NCBI GenBank assembly: GCA_021801795.1
Contig: JAJYXR010000004.1
Location: forward strand, 106,607-170,606
Source of the DNA: Actinomycetes bacterium
GTDB taxonomy: Bacteria > Actinomycetota > Acidimicrobiia > Acidimicrobiales > JAJYXR01
Length of the DNA: 64,000 nt
Direction: 5' to 3'
The first letter of the stretch is position 1. Each line of letters starts with the position of its first letter. The position numbers and the translations under genes are program-made. Positions 28,827 through 36,308 of this stretch are shown here, piece after piece. The notes under the pieces were generated by a model, which saw nothing but the letters and a program-made list of their open reading frames with translations, was not told the origin of the DNA and made no database searches.

Positions 28827-29579
28827 TCATTCCGCGACGAGCTCGGCCATTATCTCGTCGGGTATGTCGAAGTTCGACCAGACGTTCTGAGCATCATCGT
28901 GGTCGTCCAGGGCCTCGACCAGGCGGAGGACCTTCTTCGCCTCACCCTCGTCGGTCACCGGGACCGTCGTCGAGGCCACCAGGGCCAGCTCTGCAGAACG
29001 GGGCTCCATGCCTGCCGCCACCAAGGCATCCCGCACGCCGCCCATCTCCGCAGGCCCGCATACGAGCAGCCATCGGTCTTCTTCGTCGACCAGATCCTCT
29101 GCACCCACTTCCAGCGCTGCGGCCATGATGCTGTCCTCGTCCAGTTCGCGTGCGAGCTCGATGAGCCCCTTCCTCGCGAACTGCCATGCCACCGCACCCG
29201 GTTCGGCCATCGAACCACCGTTACGGCTGAAGAGGTTCCTGATCTCTGCACCAGTCCGGTTACGGTTGTCCGTGAGGCACTCCACGATCACAGCCACCCC
29301 GCCTGGCGCATATCCCTCGTACGACACGGCCTCGTAGCGCACGCCCTCGAGCTCGCCGGTGCCGCGCTTGACCGCCCGGTCGATGGTGTCCGCAGGGACC
29401 GAGGCAGCCCGAGCCTTCTCGTACATGGTCCTCAGGGTCGGGTTCGAGTCGATGTCACCTCCGCCCTCGCGCGCCGCCACCTCCAGCTGTCTGATCAGCT
29501 TCGCGAACAGCTTCGCGCGCGCCTTGTCGACTGCGGCCTTCCTGTGCTTGGTGGTAGCCCACTTCGAATGCCCGGACAT
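28827..29579 (-). CDS. YebC/PmpR family DNA-binding transcriptional regulator
   Basis: MSGHSKWATTKHRKAAVDKARAKLFAKLIRQLEVAAREGGGD...NRNRTGAEIR... Confidence 0.93.
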   Translation of the reverse strand: MSGHSKWATTKHRKAAVDKARAKLFAKLIRQLEVAAREGGGDIDSNPTLRTMYEKARAASVPADTIDRAVKRGTGELEGVRYEAVSYEGYAPGGVAVIVECLTDNRNRTGAEIRNLFSRNGGSMAEPGAVAWQFARKGLIELARELDEDSIMAAALEVGAEDLVDEEDRWLLVCGPAEMGGVRDALVAAGMEPRSAELALVASTTVPVTDEGEAKKVLRLVEALDDHDDAQNVWSNFDIPDEIMAELVAE

Positions 29580-29582
29580 GTG

Positions 29583-30257
29583 TCAGCTACTCCTCTCCGT
29601 TGGGATTGCTCGGGATGTCGACATGCCCCGGTCGACCATGTCGAGAAAGAGCCGGTGCAGGCGCCTGTCCTCGGTCAGCTCGGGATGGAAGGCGCTCACG
29701 AGAACTACACCGCTCCTGCAGAGCACCGGGGTGCCCTCCAGAGGTTCTGCGCCATGCCCAGCGTCCGCCCCGGCCACCACGTAGCGCGTCCTGGCTAGTA
29801 CCTCCACATCAGGACCTGCTCTCAGGACTGAGGGAGCACGTATGAAGACACCGTGGAAGGCGCCTCCTGTGAGCACCTCGACGTCGATGTCTTCCTCGAA
29901 GGAGTCGACCTGGCGTCCCGAGGCGTTCCGCCTGACGGTTATGTCGATGGCTCCGAAGGAGGGCTGCGCAGGCTGCCCATCGACCACCTCGGCCGCCAGC
30001 AGGATCATCCCGGCGCAGGTGCCGAACACCGGCAGCCCACTGGCCAGGCGCTCCCCTATCGGATCAACGAGGCCTGCTGAGTCCATGAGCATGGCAATGG
30101 TCGTGGACTCACCCCCGGGAACCACGAGGGCGTCTATGCCTTCGAGCTCGTCAGCCCGCCTTACCAGACGGCACGCCGCACCGAGCTCATCGAGCGCCCG
30201 CGCATGGAAGGCATAGGCACCCTGGAGGGCCAGAACTCCGACCAGTGGGCTGTGCAC
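29583..30257 (-). CDS. pdxT: pyridoxal 5'-phosphate synthase glutaminase subunit PdxT
   Basis: ...VGVLALQGAYAFHARAL...LVVPGGESTT...FGTCAGMILLA...FIRAP...AFHPELT. Confidence 0.92.
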   Translation of the reverse strand: MHSPLVGVLALQGAYAFHARALDELGAACRLVRRADELEGIDALVVPGGESTTIAMLMDSAGLVDPIGERLASGLPVFGTCAGMILLAAEVVDGQPAQPSFGAIDITVRRNASGRQVDSFEEDIDVEVLTGGAFHGVFIRAPSVLRAGPDVEVLARTRYVVAGADAGHGAEPLEGTPVLCRSGVVLVSAFHPELTEDRRLHRLFLDMVDRGMSTSRAIPTERSS

Positions 30258-30343
30258 CTGGAGGAACCTCCCCCCGGTCCGAGGCCATCAGAATGCCCCG
30301 ACGGAACTGGCCGCGGAACCGTTGACCGCGCTCAACGAGACCC

Positions 30344-31240
30344 TCACCAGCCCCGATCCGCCAGCCGTATTCCCAACTGGTCGCCCGAGGTGCCGCGCAT
30401 CGGCGCCCCCAGGCCCCGGCTCACCTTCGCCACAAGGTCCGGGTCGTCGAAGTGGGCGGTGGCCTCCACCACGGCTCTGGCCCTGCGGGGCGGGTCCTCG
30501 CTCTTGAAGATGCCCGAGCCCACGAAGACCGCCTCCGCTCCGAGCTGCATGACCAGCGACGCATCTGCTGGGGTGGCTATACCGCCGGCACAGAACAGCG
30601 GCACCGGCAGCCGTCCTGCGGCTGCTACCTCCTCGACCAGCTCCACTGGCGCAGCCAGACGCTTTGCCCAGGAAAACCGTTCCTCCGGCCTCGCCGCGGC
30701 GAGAGCATGCAGATCCGAGCCGATGGAGCGCAGGTGGCGCACGGCCTGCACCACGTCCCCGGTACCGGCCTCGCCCTTCGAGCGTATGAGAGCCGCCCCC
30801 TCGGAGATACGGCGCAGGGCTTCTCCGAGGTTCGTAGCACCGCAGACGAAGGGCACCCTGAAGGGCCACTTGTCGATATGGTGCTCCTCGTCAGCAGGGG
30901 TCAGTACCTCGCTCTCGTCGACGTAGTCGACCCCGAGCGCCTGGAGCACCTGAGCCTCCGCGAAGTGGCCTATGCGCGCCTTTGCCATCACCGGTATGGT
31001 GACCGCCTTCTGGATCTCCTCCACGAGGGCAGGGTCGCTCATGCGCGCCACCCCACCCTCGGCACGGATATCCGCAGGAACGCGTTCGAGTGCCATGACC
31101 GCTACGGCGCCGGCATCCTCGGCCACCTTCGCCTGGTCCGCGGTGACCACGTCCATGATCACCCCGCCTCGAAGCATGTCGGCGAGGCCGCGCTTTACCA
31201 GTGGGGTTCCCTTGGTCGGTGACTTCACCTGCGTATCCAT
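30344..31240 (-). CDS. pdxS: pyridoxal 5'-phosphate synthase lyase subunit PdxS
   Basis: ...[43 protein letters not shown]...[12 protein letters not shown]...[12 protein letters not shown]...[11 protein letters not shown]. Confidence 0.96.
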   Translation of the reverse strand: MDTQVKSPTKGTPLVKRGLADMLRGGVIMDVVTADQAKVAEDAGAVAVMALERVPADIRAEGGVARMSDPALVEEIQKAVTIPVMAKARIGHFAEAQVLQALGVDYVDESEVLTPADEEHHIDKWPFRVPFVCGATNLGEALRRISEGAALIRSKGEAGTGDVVQAVRHLRSIGSDLHALAAARPEERFSWAKRLAAPVELVEEVAAAGRLPVPLFCAGGIATPADASLVMQLGAEAVFVGSGIFKSEDPPRRARAVVEATAHFDDPDLVAKVSRGLGAPMRGTSGDQLGIRLADRGW

Positions 31241-31267
31241 CTCCTGTAGATCCTCTTCCTAGCCCTA

Positions 31268-31319
31268 GCTGGCATCCTGACTCACGCTGGCATCCTGACT
31301 CACGCTGGCATCCTGACCC
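31268..31319. repeat. 18-bp direct repeat x~2.9 in the pdxS 5' region (non-coding)
   Basis: The unit gctggcatcctgactcac occurs at 31268 and 31286, with a partial unit at 31304. The array ends 28 bp upstream of the pdxS ATG (31240). Confidence 0.9.
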
Positions 31320-31438
31320 AGGCCAGAGGACAACCGACTGTGGCGCCGACCATGCCTCCTCGGCTCCCCCGGCGACGGACTCTGTGCATGGTTGGCCTCG
31401 TCATAGGATCCTAGTGATTCCACCAGCCGCTCATACGC

Positions 31439-32638
31439 CTACCATTCGCCGAGTGCGTCGATGCGAACCCCGGGTGCGTCGAGCTCGCCGATCAGCTCTT
31501 CGCCGGCGCGAGCCACACCCACCGGAGCAGTCCAGAGCCACCTCGTGACGTACAGCCCTCGCCCGAGCCTCGCAGGTCCCTCACCAGAAGCAGGAGTGCC
31601 GGACGCCTCTGGGTCGAGGTCCGCCATGCGCATGAGCGCCGAGCGCAACCCGGGCGGGTAGCGCGTCACTCCCACCGCCTCCCAGTCCGAGCGCATCTCA
31701 CGTCCCCTGCCCGCTATCGCATGGACCATGTCGCCTGCCCTGTCTCCGACCAGGGGAGCAAGGATGAGCATCACAGACGCCGCCAGTGTCGCGCTGAGTG
31801 CCTCCTTCCTCTTCACGTGGGTCAGCTCGTGAGCCAGCACCCCCTCGATCTCTATGGGGTCCAACCCGGAGACCAGGCCGGTCGTGAGGACGAGGACAGC
31901 CTCCGACCTCGGCAGCGACAGCGCCATGGCGTTAGGCGAAGGCTCCTCTAGGAGCCAGAGCCGAGGAACCGAGAGGCCCATTGTGGCACAGAGACCCTCG
32001 ACGAGGTTCTCCACCCGAACCAGTTCCCCATCGCGAGCGGGCGATCCACCTATCGCCCTCAATACCCTCTTGCCCGCAGTCCACCATATGGCCGTGGCAC
32101 AGCCCACCCATACCACCAGGCCGGCCAGGATGCCGGCCCAGACAGCCACGAGCACCAGGCAGGCTACCAGGGCTATGACACCGGGTATAGCTGCCGGCAG
32201 CGCAGCGATGGCGAGTGCACGGCGCCTGCTGGCGGCGGCCACGCGCTGAGAGCGGATCCTGGCCACGTGGCCTTCAGAGGTCTCACGTTCGGGACTCGCG
32301 GACCTCCGGACCACCCGTCCACCGGTGCTGGCGTCAGCAGGGTCACCCGCGCAGGAGCGAGCTCCGGATGCCCTCGCGCCACCTGCGCCAGCACCGCGCT
32401 GGGCTGTGGTGCGCTGGCGGCGGGAGCCTCCTGACGACGCACCCGGCTCCTGCCTGCCACGGGCAGGGCGCTGGTGGCTCCGCTGGCGTGCCTGGGCAGA
32501 CCCGCTGGCGGAGGAGCGCTTAGGTGACCCCGTGGTCCCTGAAGACCTGCCATCCACCCCTGCGGAATCACCCGCGGCGGGCCCACTGGCAGAACCCGGG
32601 GCCTTGCCCTTCCCCTTGCCCTTGGAGTGATCAGACAT
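31439..32638 (-). CDS. M48 family zinc metalloprotease with a ~130-aa basic disordered N-terminus
   Basis: HELTHVKRKE (HExxH) follows TM helices (ALAIAALPAAIPGVIALVACLVLVAVWAGILAGLVVWVG). The N-terminus reads MSDHSKGKGKGKAPGSASG...RRQRTTAQRG. Confidence 0.7.
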   Translation of the reverse strand: MSDHSKGKGKGKAPGSASGPAAGDSAGVDGRSSGTTGSPKRSSASGSAQARQRSHQRPARGRQEPGASSGGSRRQRTTAQRGAGAGGARASGARSCAGDPADASTGGRVVRRSASPERETSEGHVARIRSQRVAAASRRRALAIAALPAAIPGVIALVACLVLVAVWAGILAGLVVWVGCATAIWWTAGKRVLRAIGGSPARDGELVRVENLVEGLCATMGLSVPRLWLLEEPSPNAMALSLPRSEAVLVLTTGLVSGLDPIEIEGVLAHELTHVKRKEALSATLAASVMLILAPLVGDRAGDMVHAIAGRGREMRSDWEAVGVTRYPPGLRSALMRMADLDPEASGTPASGEGPARLGRGLYVTRWLWTAPVGVARAGEELIGELDAPGVRIDALGEW

Positions 32639-34013
32639 GATCCGTGGAGTCTAGGACGCCGCCCGAGGCACGTCGGCCCCGCTCGGGCCAGACGCCTCGC
32701 CGGCCCCCTTCACCGCGGGCCACCGGCCACTTCTCACTGGCAGAACCCGGCTCGCTGGCAGAACCCGACTCGCTGGCAGAACCCGGCTCGCTGGCAGAAC
32801 CCGGCTCGCTGGCAGAACCCGGCTCGCTGGCAGAACCCGATCTTGCCCGACGGTGGCTGGCTGGCACGACCGACTGGTATGCATCGGCATACCGGCGCGC
32901 CAGGGACTCCATGGACCATTGGCGCGCCCACCCGGCTCCACTGGGCACATCGGCCCATGTAGCCCTCGATGACTCACCGCCCGCCACCGCTCCCAGGGCC
33001 TTCTCCAGGCCCGCACGCAGCGCCTCGGAATCACCGGGGGGCACCAGCAGGGCGTGATCGCCGACCACGTCTCGGTAGCCTGGCAGGTCGCTCGCTACCA
33101 CCACCGTCGAGGCCGCGAGGGCCTCCAGGAGCACCACGCCGAATGACTCCCCGCCGAGTGATGGAGCGCAGAGGACGTCCGCTCCGAGCAGGCGCCTGGA
33201 CAGATCCTCGTCGCCAATCCTGCCCAGCCACTCGATCCCCTCCAGGGATCCGTAGGCGCGCTTCAGGCGGGGCGTCTCTGGACCCTCCCCGGCTACCCAC
33301 AGCGTCGCCCTGACCGGTGCCGGTGCCGGTTCCGGTTCCGGTGCCGGCGCCCCGCCCGACCCCAGCCTCGTGAAAGCCTCCAGCAGCACCTCCAGACCCT
33401 TACGCCTCTCGTGGCGACCTACGAAGAGGATCGTGGGAGCCTCTGTGCGAAGCGGTTCGACCGAGCTGAACCGTCCCGTGTCGATGCCGTTTCCCATGAG
33501 GACATAACTTCCTCCCGCCACCCGCCTGGCAGTACGGGCCGCCTCTTTTGACACCGCGCACCGCACCGCCAGCCTCCTCGCCAGCACCCGAGCCAGCGGG
33601 GAGACCAGGTCGTACGCTAGGTCCGACCCGGCACGGTGAAAGGTGCCCACCAGCGGCGAGGCCGAGGACGCCAGGATAGGCCATGTGATTCCCGGCGCGA
33701 ACGGTTCGTGGATGTGCACCACGTCGTAGCGCGCTCTCCACAGGTGCCTGAGCGCAGCCAGCGATGCAGCCGGGGAGAGAGCCACCGGCGCCACCGAGCC
33801 GTTAGCCGGCAACCCTACCGAGCCACCCACCAGGACCAGCCCGTCGCCAGCCAGGCCGAGCTGCTCGGCCAGGCTCCTCGAATCCCCCCTACCGGGCCCG
33901 ATCACCGCGGCTTCGTGGCCCAGGGCAGTCAGGGCCTTGGCCAGGCCGATCACCTGGCCCTGTACACCTCCAGGCATCTCCAGGCTGTAGGGGCAGACCA
34001 GGGCAATCCTCAT
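32631..34013 (-). CDS. pimA: GT4 glycosyltransferase, PimA-like (phosphatidylinositol mannosyltransferase context) with a repetitive C-terminal extension
   Basis: MRIALVCPYSLEMPGGVQGQVIGLAKAL...HIHEPFAPG...ILFVGRHERRKGLEVLLEAF...APSLGGESFGVVLLEALA. It sits downstream of pgsA and the acyltransferase, as in Mycobacterium (pgsA1-Rv2611c-pimA). Confidence 0.8.
   Translation of the reverse strand: MRIALVCPYSLEMPGGVQGQVIGLAKALTALGHEAAVIGPGRGDSRSLAEQLGLAGDGLVLVGGSVGLPANGSVAPVALSPAASLAALRHLWRARYDVVHIHEPFAPGITWPILASSASPLVGTFHRAGSDLAYDLVSPLARVLARRLAVRCAVSKEAARTARRVAGGSYVLMGNGIDTGRFSSVEPLRTEAPTILFVGRHERRKGLEVLLEAFTRLGSGGAPAPEPEPAPAPVRATLWVAGEGPETPRLKRAYGSLEGIEWLGRIGDEDLSRRLLGADVLCAPSLGGESFGVVLLEALAASTVVVASDLPGYRDVVGDHALLVPPGDSEALRAGLEKALGAVAGGESSRATWADVPSGAGWARQWSMESLARRYADAYQSVVPASHRRARSGSASEPGSASEPGSASEPGSASESGSASEPGSASEKWPVARGEGGRRGVWPERGRRASGGVLDSTDHV
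32737..32840. repeat. 18-bp tandem repeat x~5.8 in the pimA 3' extension
   Basis: The unit ctggcagaacccggctcg starts at 32737 and recurs every 18 bp. One copy carries a g>a change. It encodes (GSASEP)n. Confidence 0.95.
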
Positions 34014-34067
34014 GGCAGGCCTCGTGGGGGCCTCATGGTGGGCCTCATGGTGACCTCATAGCGGGCC

Positions 34068-34952
34068 TCAGGGGGCTTTCAGGTCGCTCGGCCAGTTCGG
34101 CTGGAAGAGGTGCCACTGCTCGGGCGCCCGCCGGACCAGACCCTCTATCTCCCTGGCGACGGCCTGGGTGATACGTGTCACGTCGTCGCGGAATCGACCC
34201 TGGCGAGAGGTGTCCAGGGGAGGGTTCACCACGCCGGTGTGACACCTGCCAGGGCCCGAGTACACGGCGGCCGTGAGCAGCCTCGCCCCGGTTCTGAGTG
34301 CCAGCGTGGCAGGACCCCCGGGCAGCGTGGTCCGCTCTCCGAAGAGCTCCACCTCCACCCCGCTCCCCGTGAGGTCCCGGTCGCATAGCAGCCCGACCAG
34401 GCCACCCGAGCGCAGCGTGCTCATCAGCCTTGACCCTGCCTCGGGCCCGAGGGGCACTATGTCGAGACCGATGGATCGCCGCTGTGCCGCGAACCACTCA
34501 TAGAGCTCCGCCGGCTCCAGGGGCTCTGCCACGGCAGTCATCGGATATCCCCTCAGTGCCAGCCAGGCTCCACCCCACTCCCAGCTGCCTACGTGGGGGA
34601 GCGCGAGGATAACGCCCCTGCCGGCACTCATGGACTCCTCCAGGTGCTCCATCCCTCGCTCGAGCACCATCCGCTGCTCCACCACCGATGCGGGAGTAGT
34701 CGCCAGGCGGCTGCCTTCCACCCAGTAGCGCGCGTAGGAGGCGAACGCCCGCCGGGTCCAGCGTGCCACCTCCGCGTCGGAGAGCCCCGTCCCGAGCACA
34801 CGTCTGAGGTGGGAACCGAACATCCTCCTCGCCTCCTCGCTCGAGCGGCTCAGTGCAAGACCGGCCAGGTGGCCGCCAAGCTCCGCGACTGGTTCGGGGA
34901 CTCGCTGGAGAAGCTCACCGATCCCCCGGTAGGCGAGGTAGGTCTTGTTCAT
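34068..34952 (-). CDS. lysophospholipid/lauroyl acyltransferase family protein (PIM acyltransferase-like)
   Basis: 294 aa. ...LALPHVGSWEWGGAWLALRGYPMTAVAEPLEP...GLLCDRDLTGSGVEVELFGERTTLPGGPATLALRTGA... (HtrB/LPLAT-type motifs). It lies between pgsA and pimA. Confidence 0.75.
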   Translation of the reverse strand: MNKTYLAYRGIGELLQRVPEPVAELGGHLAGLALSRSSEEARRMFGSHLRRVLGTGLSDAEVARWTRRAFASYARYWVEGSRLATTPASVVEQRMVLERGMEHLEESMSAGRGVILALPHVGSWEWGGAWLALRGYPMTAVAEPLEPAELYEWFAAQRRSIGLDIVPLGPEAGSRLMSTLRSGGLVGLLCDRDLTGSGVEVELFGERTTLPGGPATLALRTGARLLTAAVYSGPGRCHTGVVNPPLDTSRQGRFRDDVTRITQAVAREIEGLVRRAPEQWHLFQPNWPSDLKAP

Positions 34953-35082
34953 GCTCGCCAGCGGGGGTCAGGCGCGAGGAGGTACCGGACTCGGGGCATC
35001 GAGCACACCTAGAGAGGTGCCCCACGCGAACGCGATGCCCCTGGCGGACCAGCGGGCGCTAGGAGTCACAGGTCCCCAGGAG

Positions 35083-36039
35083 TCACAGGTCCGTACCGCT
35101 GCCGGCCGGACGATCCTGGGAATGGGCGTCCCTCCGTCCTCCACCAGCTCGTGCAACCCGTCCCGAGAGCGCTCCGTCGCGCCGCGTGCGCCAGCGATGC
35201 AGGGAGGCGGCACCCTTCAGGGACTCTTCGTCTCTCCGAAGTCCACCCTGCCCCCCTGCTAGGCGCGTCTCCCGCCAGGCCCGCCAGCGCGAGTCGGCAC
35301 TACTTTCCCGCCAGGCCCGCCAGCGCGAGTCGGCACTACTCTCCCGCCAGGCCCTCCAGCGCGAGTCGGCACTACTCTCCCGCCACCGGATCTGCACCGC
35401 CCGCCGGCGCGCTCCGCGGGATGCCGATACCCCAGCGCGCTCCGCGGGCCCCTCGGCACGACTCCAGACCCTCATGAACCGCCCCGCTGCCGTCGCCGCC
35501 ACCGCCACCAGCAGGACCCACAGACCGATCACCAGGGCAGGAAGCCAGAAAGCCGCAGCCAGGATCGTCGCGCCCAGCGCGATAACGCGCTCGGCGCGTT
35601 CCATCAGGCCACCCTTGGCATCTATCCCCAGCACCTCCGCCTTAGCGCGCTCGTAGGAAATGAGGGAGCTGGCAGCCAGCACTGCGAATGGGAGCATCGC
35701 CGTGGGACCGTCATGGCGGCTCAGCATGAACCACGCGATGCCACCGAGGACCACTGCGTCGGAGACCCGATCTGCCACCGAGTCGAAGAACGCCCCCCGG
35801 ACCGAGGCCGTGCCGGCAGCCTTGGCCACGGGGCCATCCAGCAGGTCCGGGAGTGCAGCCGAGATCAGCAGCACGAGCCCCCAGGCCAGATGCCCGCTTC
35901 CGAGTGCCAACGCTGTAGCCACCGAGAGCACCAGACCTGTTCCGGTGAGCAGGTCTGCAGTCACACCCAGCCTGTGTAATGCGGTGCCGACCGGATGGGT
36001 TGCGCTGTCGACACCATGCCGCCAGCGGCCGTCGAACAT
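35083..36039 (-). CDS. pgsA: CDP-alcohol phosphatidyltransferase (phosphatidylinositol-phosphate synthase-like) with a repetitive C-terminal extension
   Basis: ...GVTADLLTGTGLVLS...LPDLLDGPVAKAAGTASVRGAFFDSVADRVSD (the D-G-x2-A-R...G-x3-D-x3-D type motif). I prefer ATG 36039, which has GAGGAG 5 nt upstream. The ORF track extends to 36324, and alternative Mets lie at 36156 and 36171. Confidence 0.8.
   Translation of the reverse strand: MFDGRWRHGVDSATHPVGTALHRLGVTADLLTGTGLVLSVATALALGSGHLAWGLVLLISAALPDLLDGPVAKAAGTASVRGAFFDSVADRVSDAVVLGGIAWFMLSRHDGPTAMLPFAVLAASSLISYERAKAEVLGIDAKGGLMERAERVIALGATILAAAFWLPALVIGLWVLLVAVAATAAGRFMRVWSRAEGPAERAGVSASRGARRRAVQIRWRESSADSRWRAWRESSADSRWRAWRESSADSRWRAWRETRLAGGQGGLRRDEESLKGAASLHRWRTRRDGALSGRVARAGGGRRDAHSQDRPAGSGTDL
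35271..35389. repeat. 36-bp tandem repeat x~3.3 in the pgsA 3' extension
   Basis: Units at 35271, 35307 and 35343, with a partial unit at 35379. It encodes (WRESSADSRWRA)n. Confidence 0.92.
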
Positions 36040-36076
36040 GTATTCTCCTCTGCCTAGCTCTCGATCCAGCCTAGCA

Positions 36077-36150
36077 GCCAGCCCAGCGAGTGCCAGCCCA
36101 GCGAGTGCCAGCCCAGCGAGTGCCAGCCCAGCGAGTGCCAGCCCAGCAGC
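36077..36150. repeat. 15-bp tandem repeat x~4.9 between the pgsA and EF-G-like starts
   Basis: The unit gccagcccagcgagt occurs at 36077, 36092, 36107 and 36122, with a partial unit at 36137. It would encode (LALAG)n only if pgsA starts at 36156 or 36171. Confidence 0.92.
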
Positions 36151-36308
36151 GGACATCCCGGCAGGGGGCATCCGCCGAAGACTTCCGGGCCGCCGGCCGG
36201 TAGGCTCGCTGGCGTCAGGTCTCAGGGGAGCCACCTCGCCTGGGAGGATGCCCGATGGAGGGCGTTGCGCCATACGCATTGTCCTCGAAGAGATGCCAGG
36301 AGGAAACA

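Noticed and set aside
31241-31438. A small gene, tRNA or other RNA in the 200-bp pdxS/M48 spacer, and likewise in the other spacers longer than 100 bp (34953-35082, 40830-40969).
   Set aside because: I saw no cloverleaf-compatible sequence, no conserved T-loop (GTTCRANNC) or anticodon stem pattern, and no ORF with a credible start and SD.
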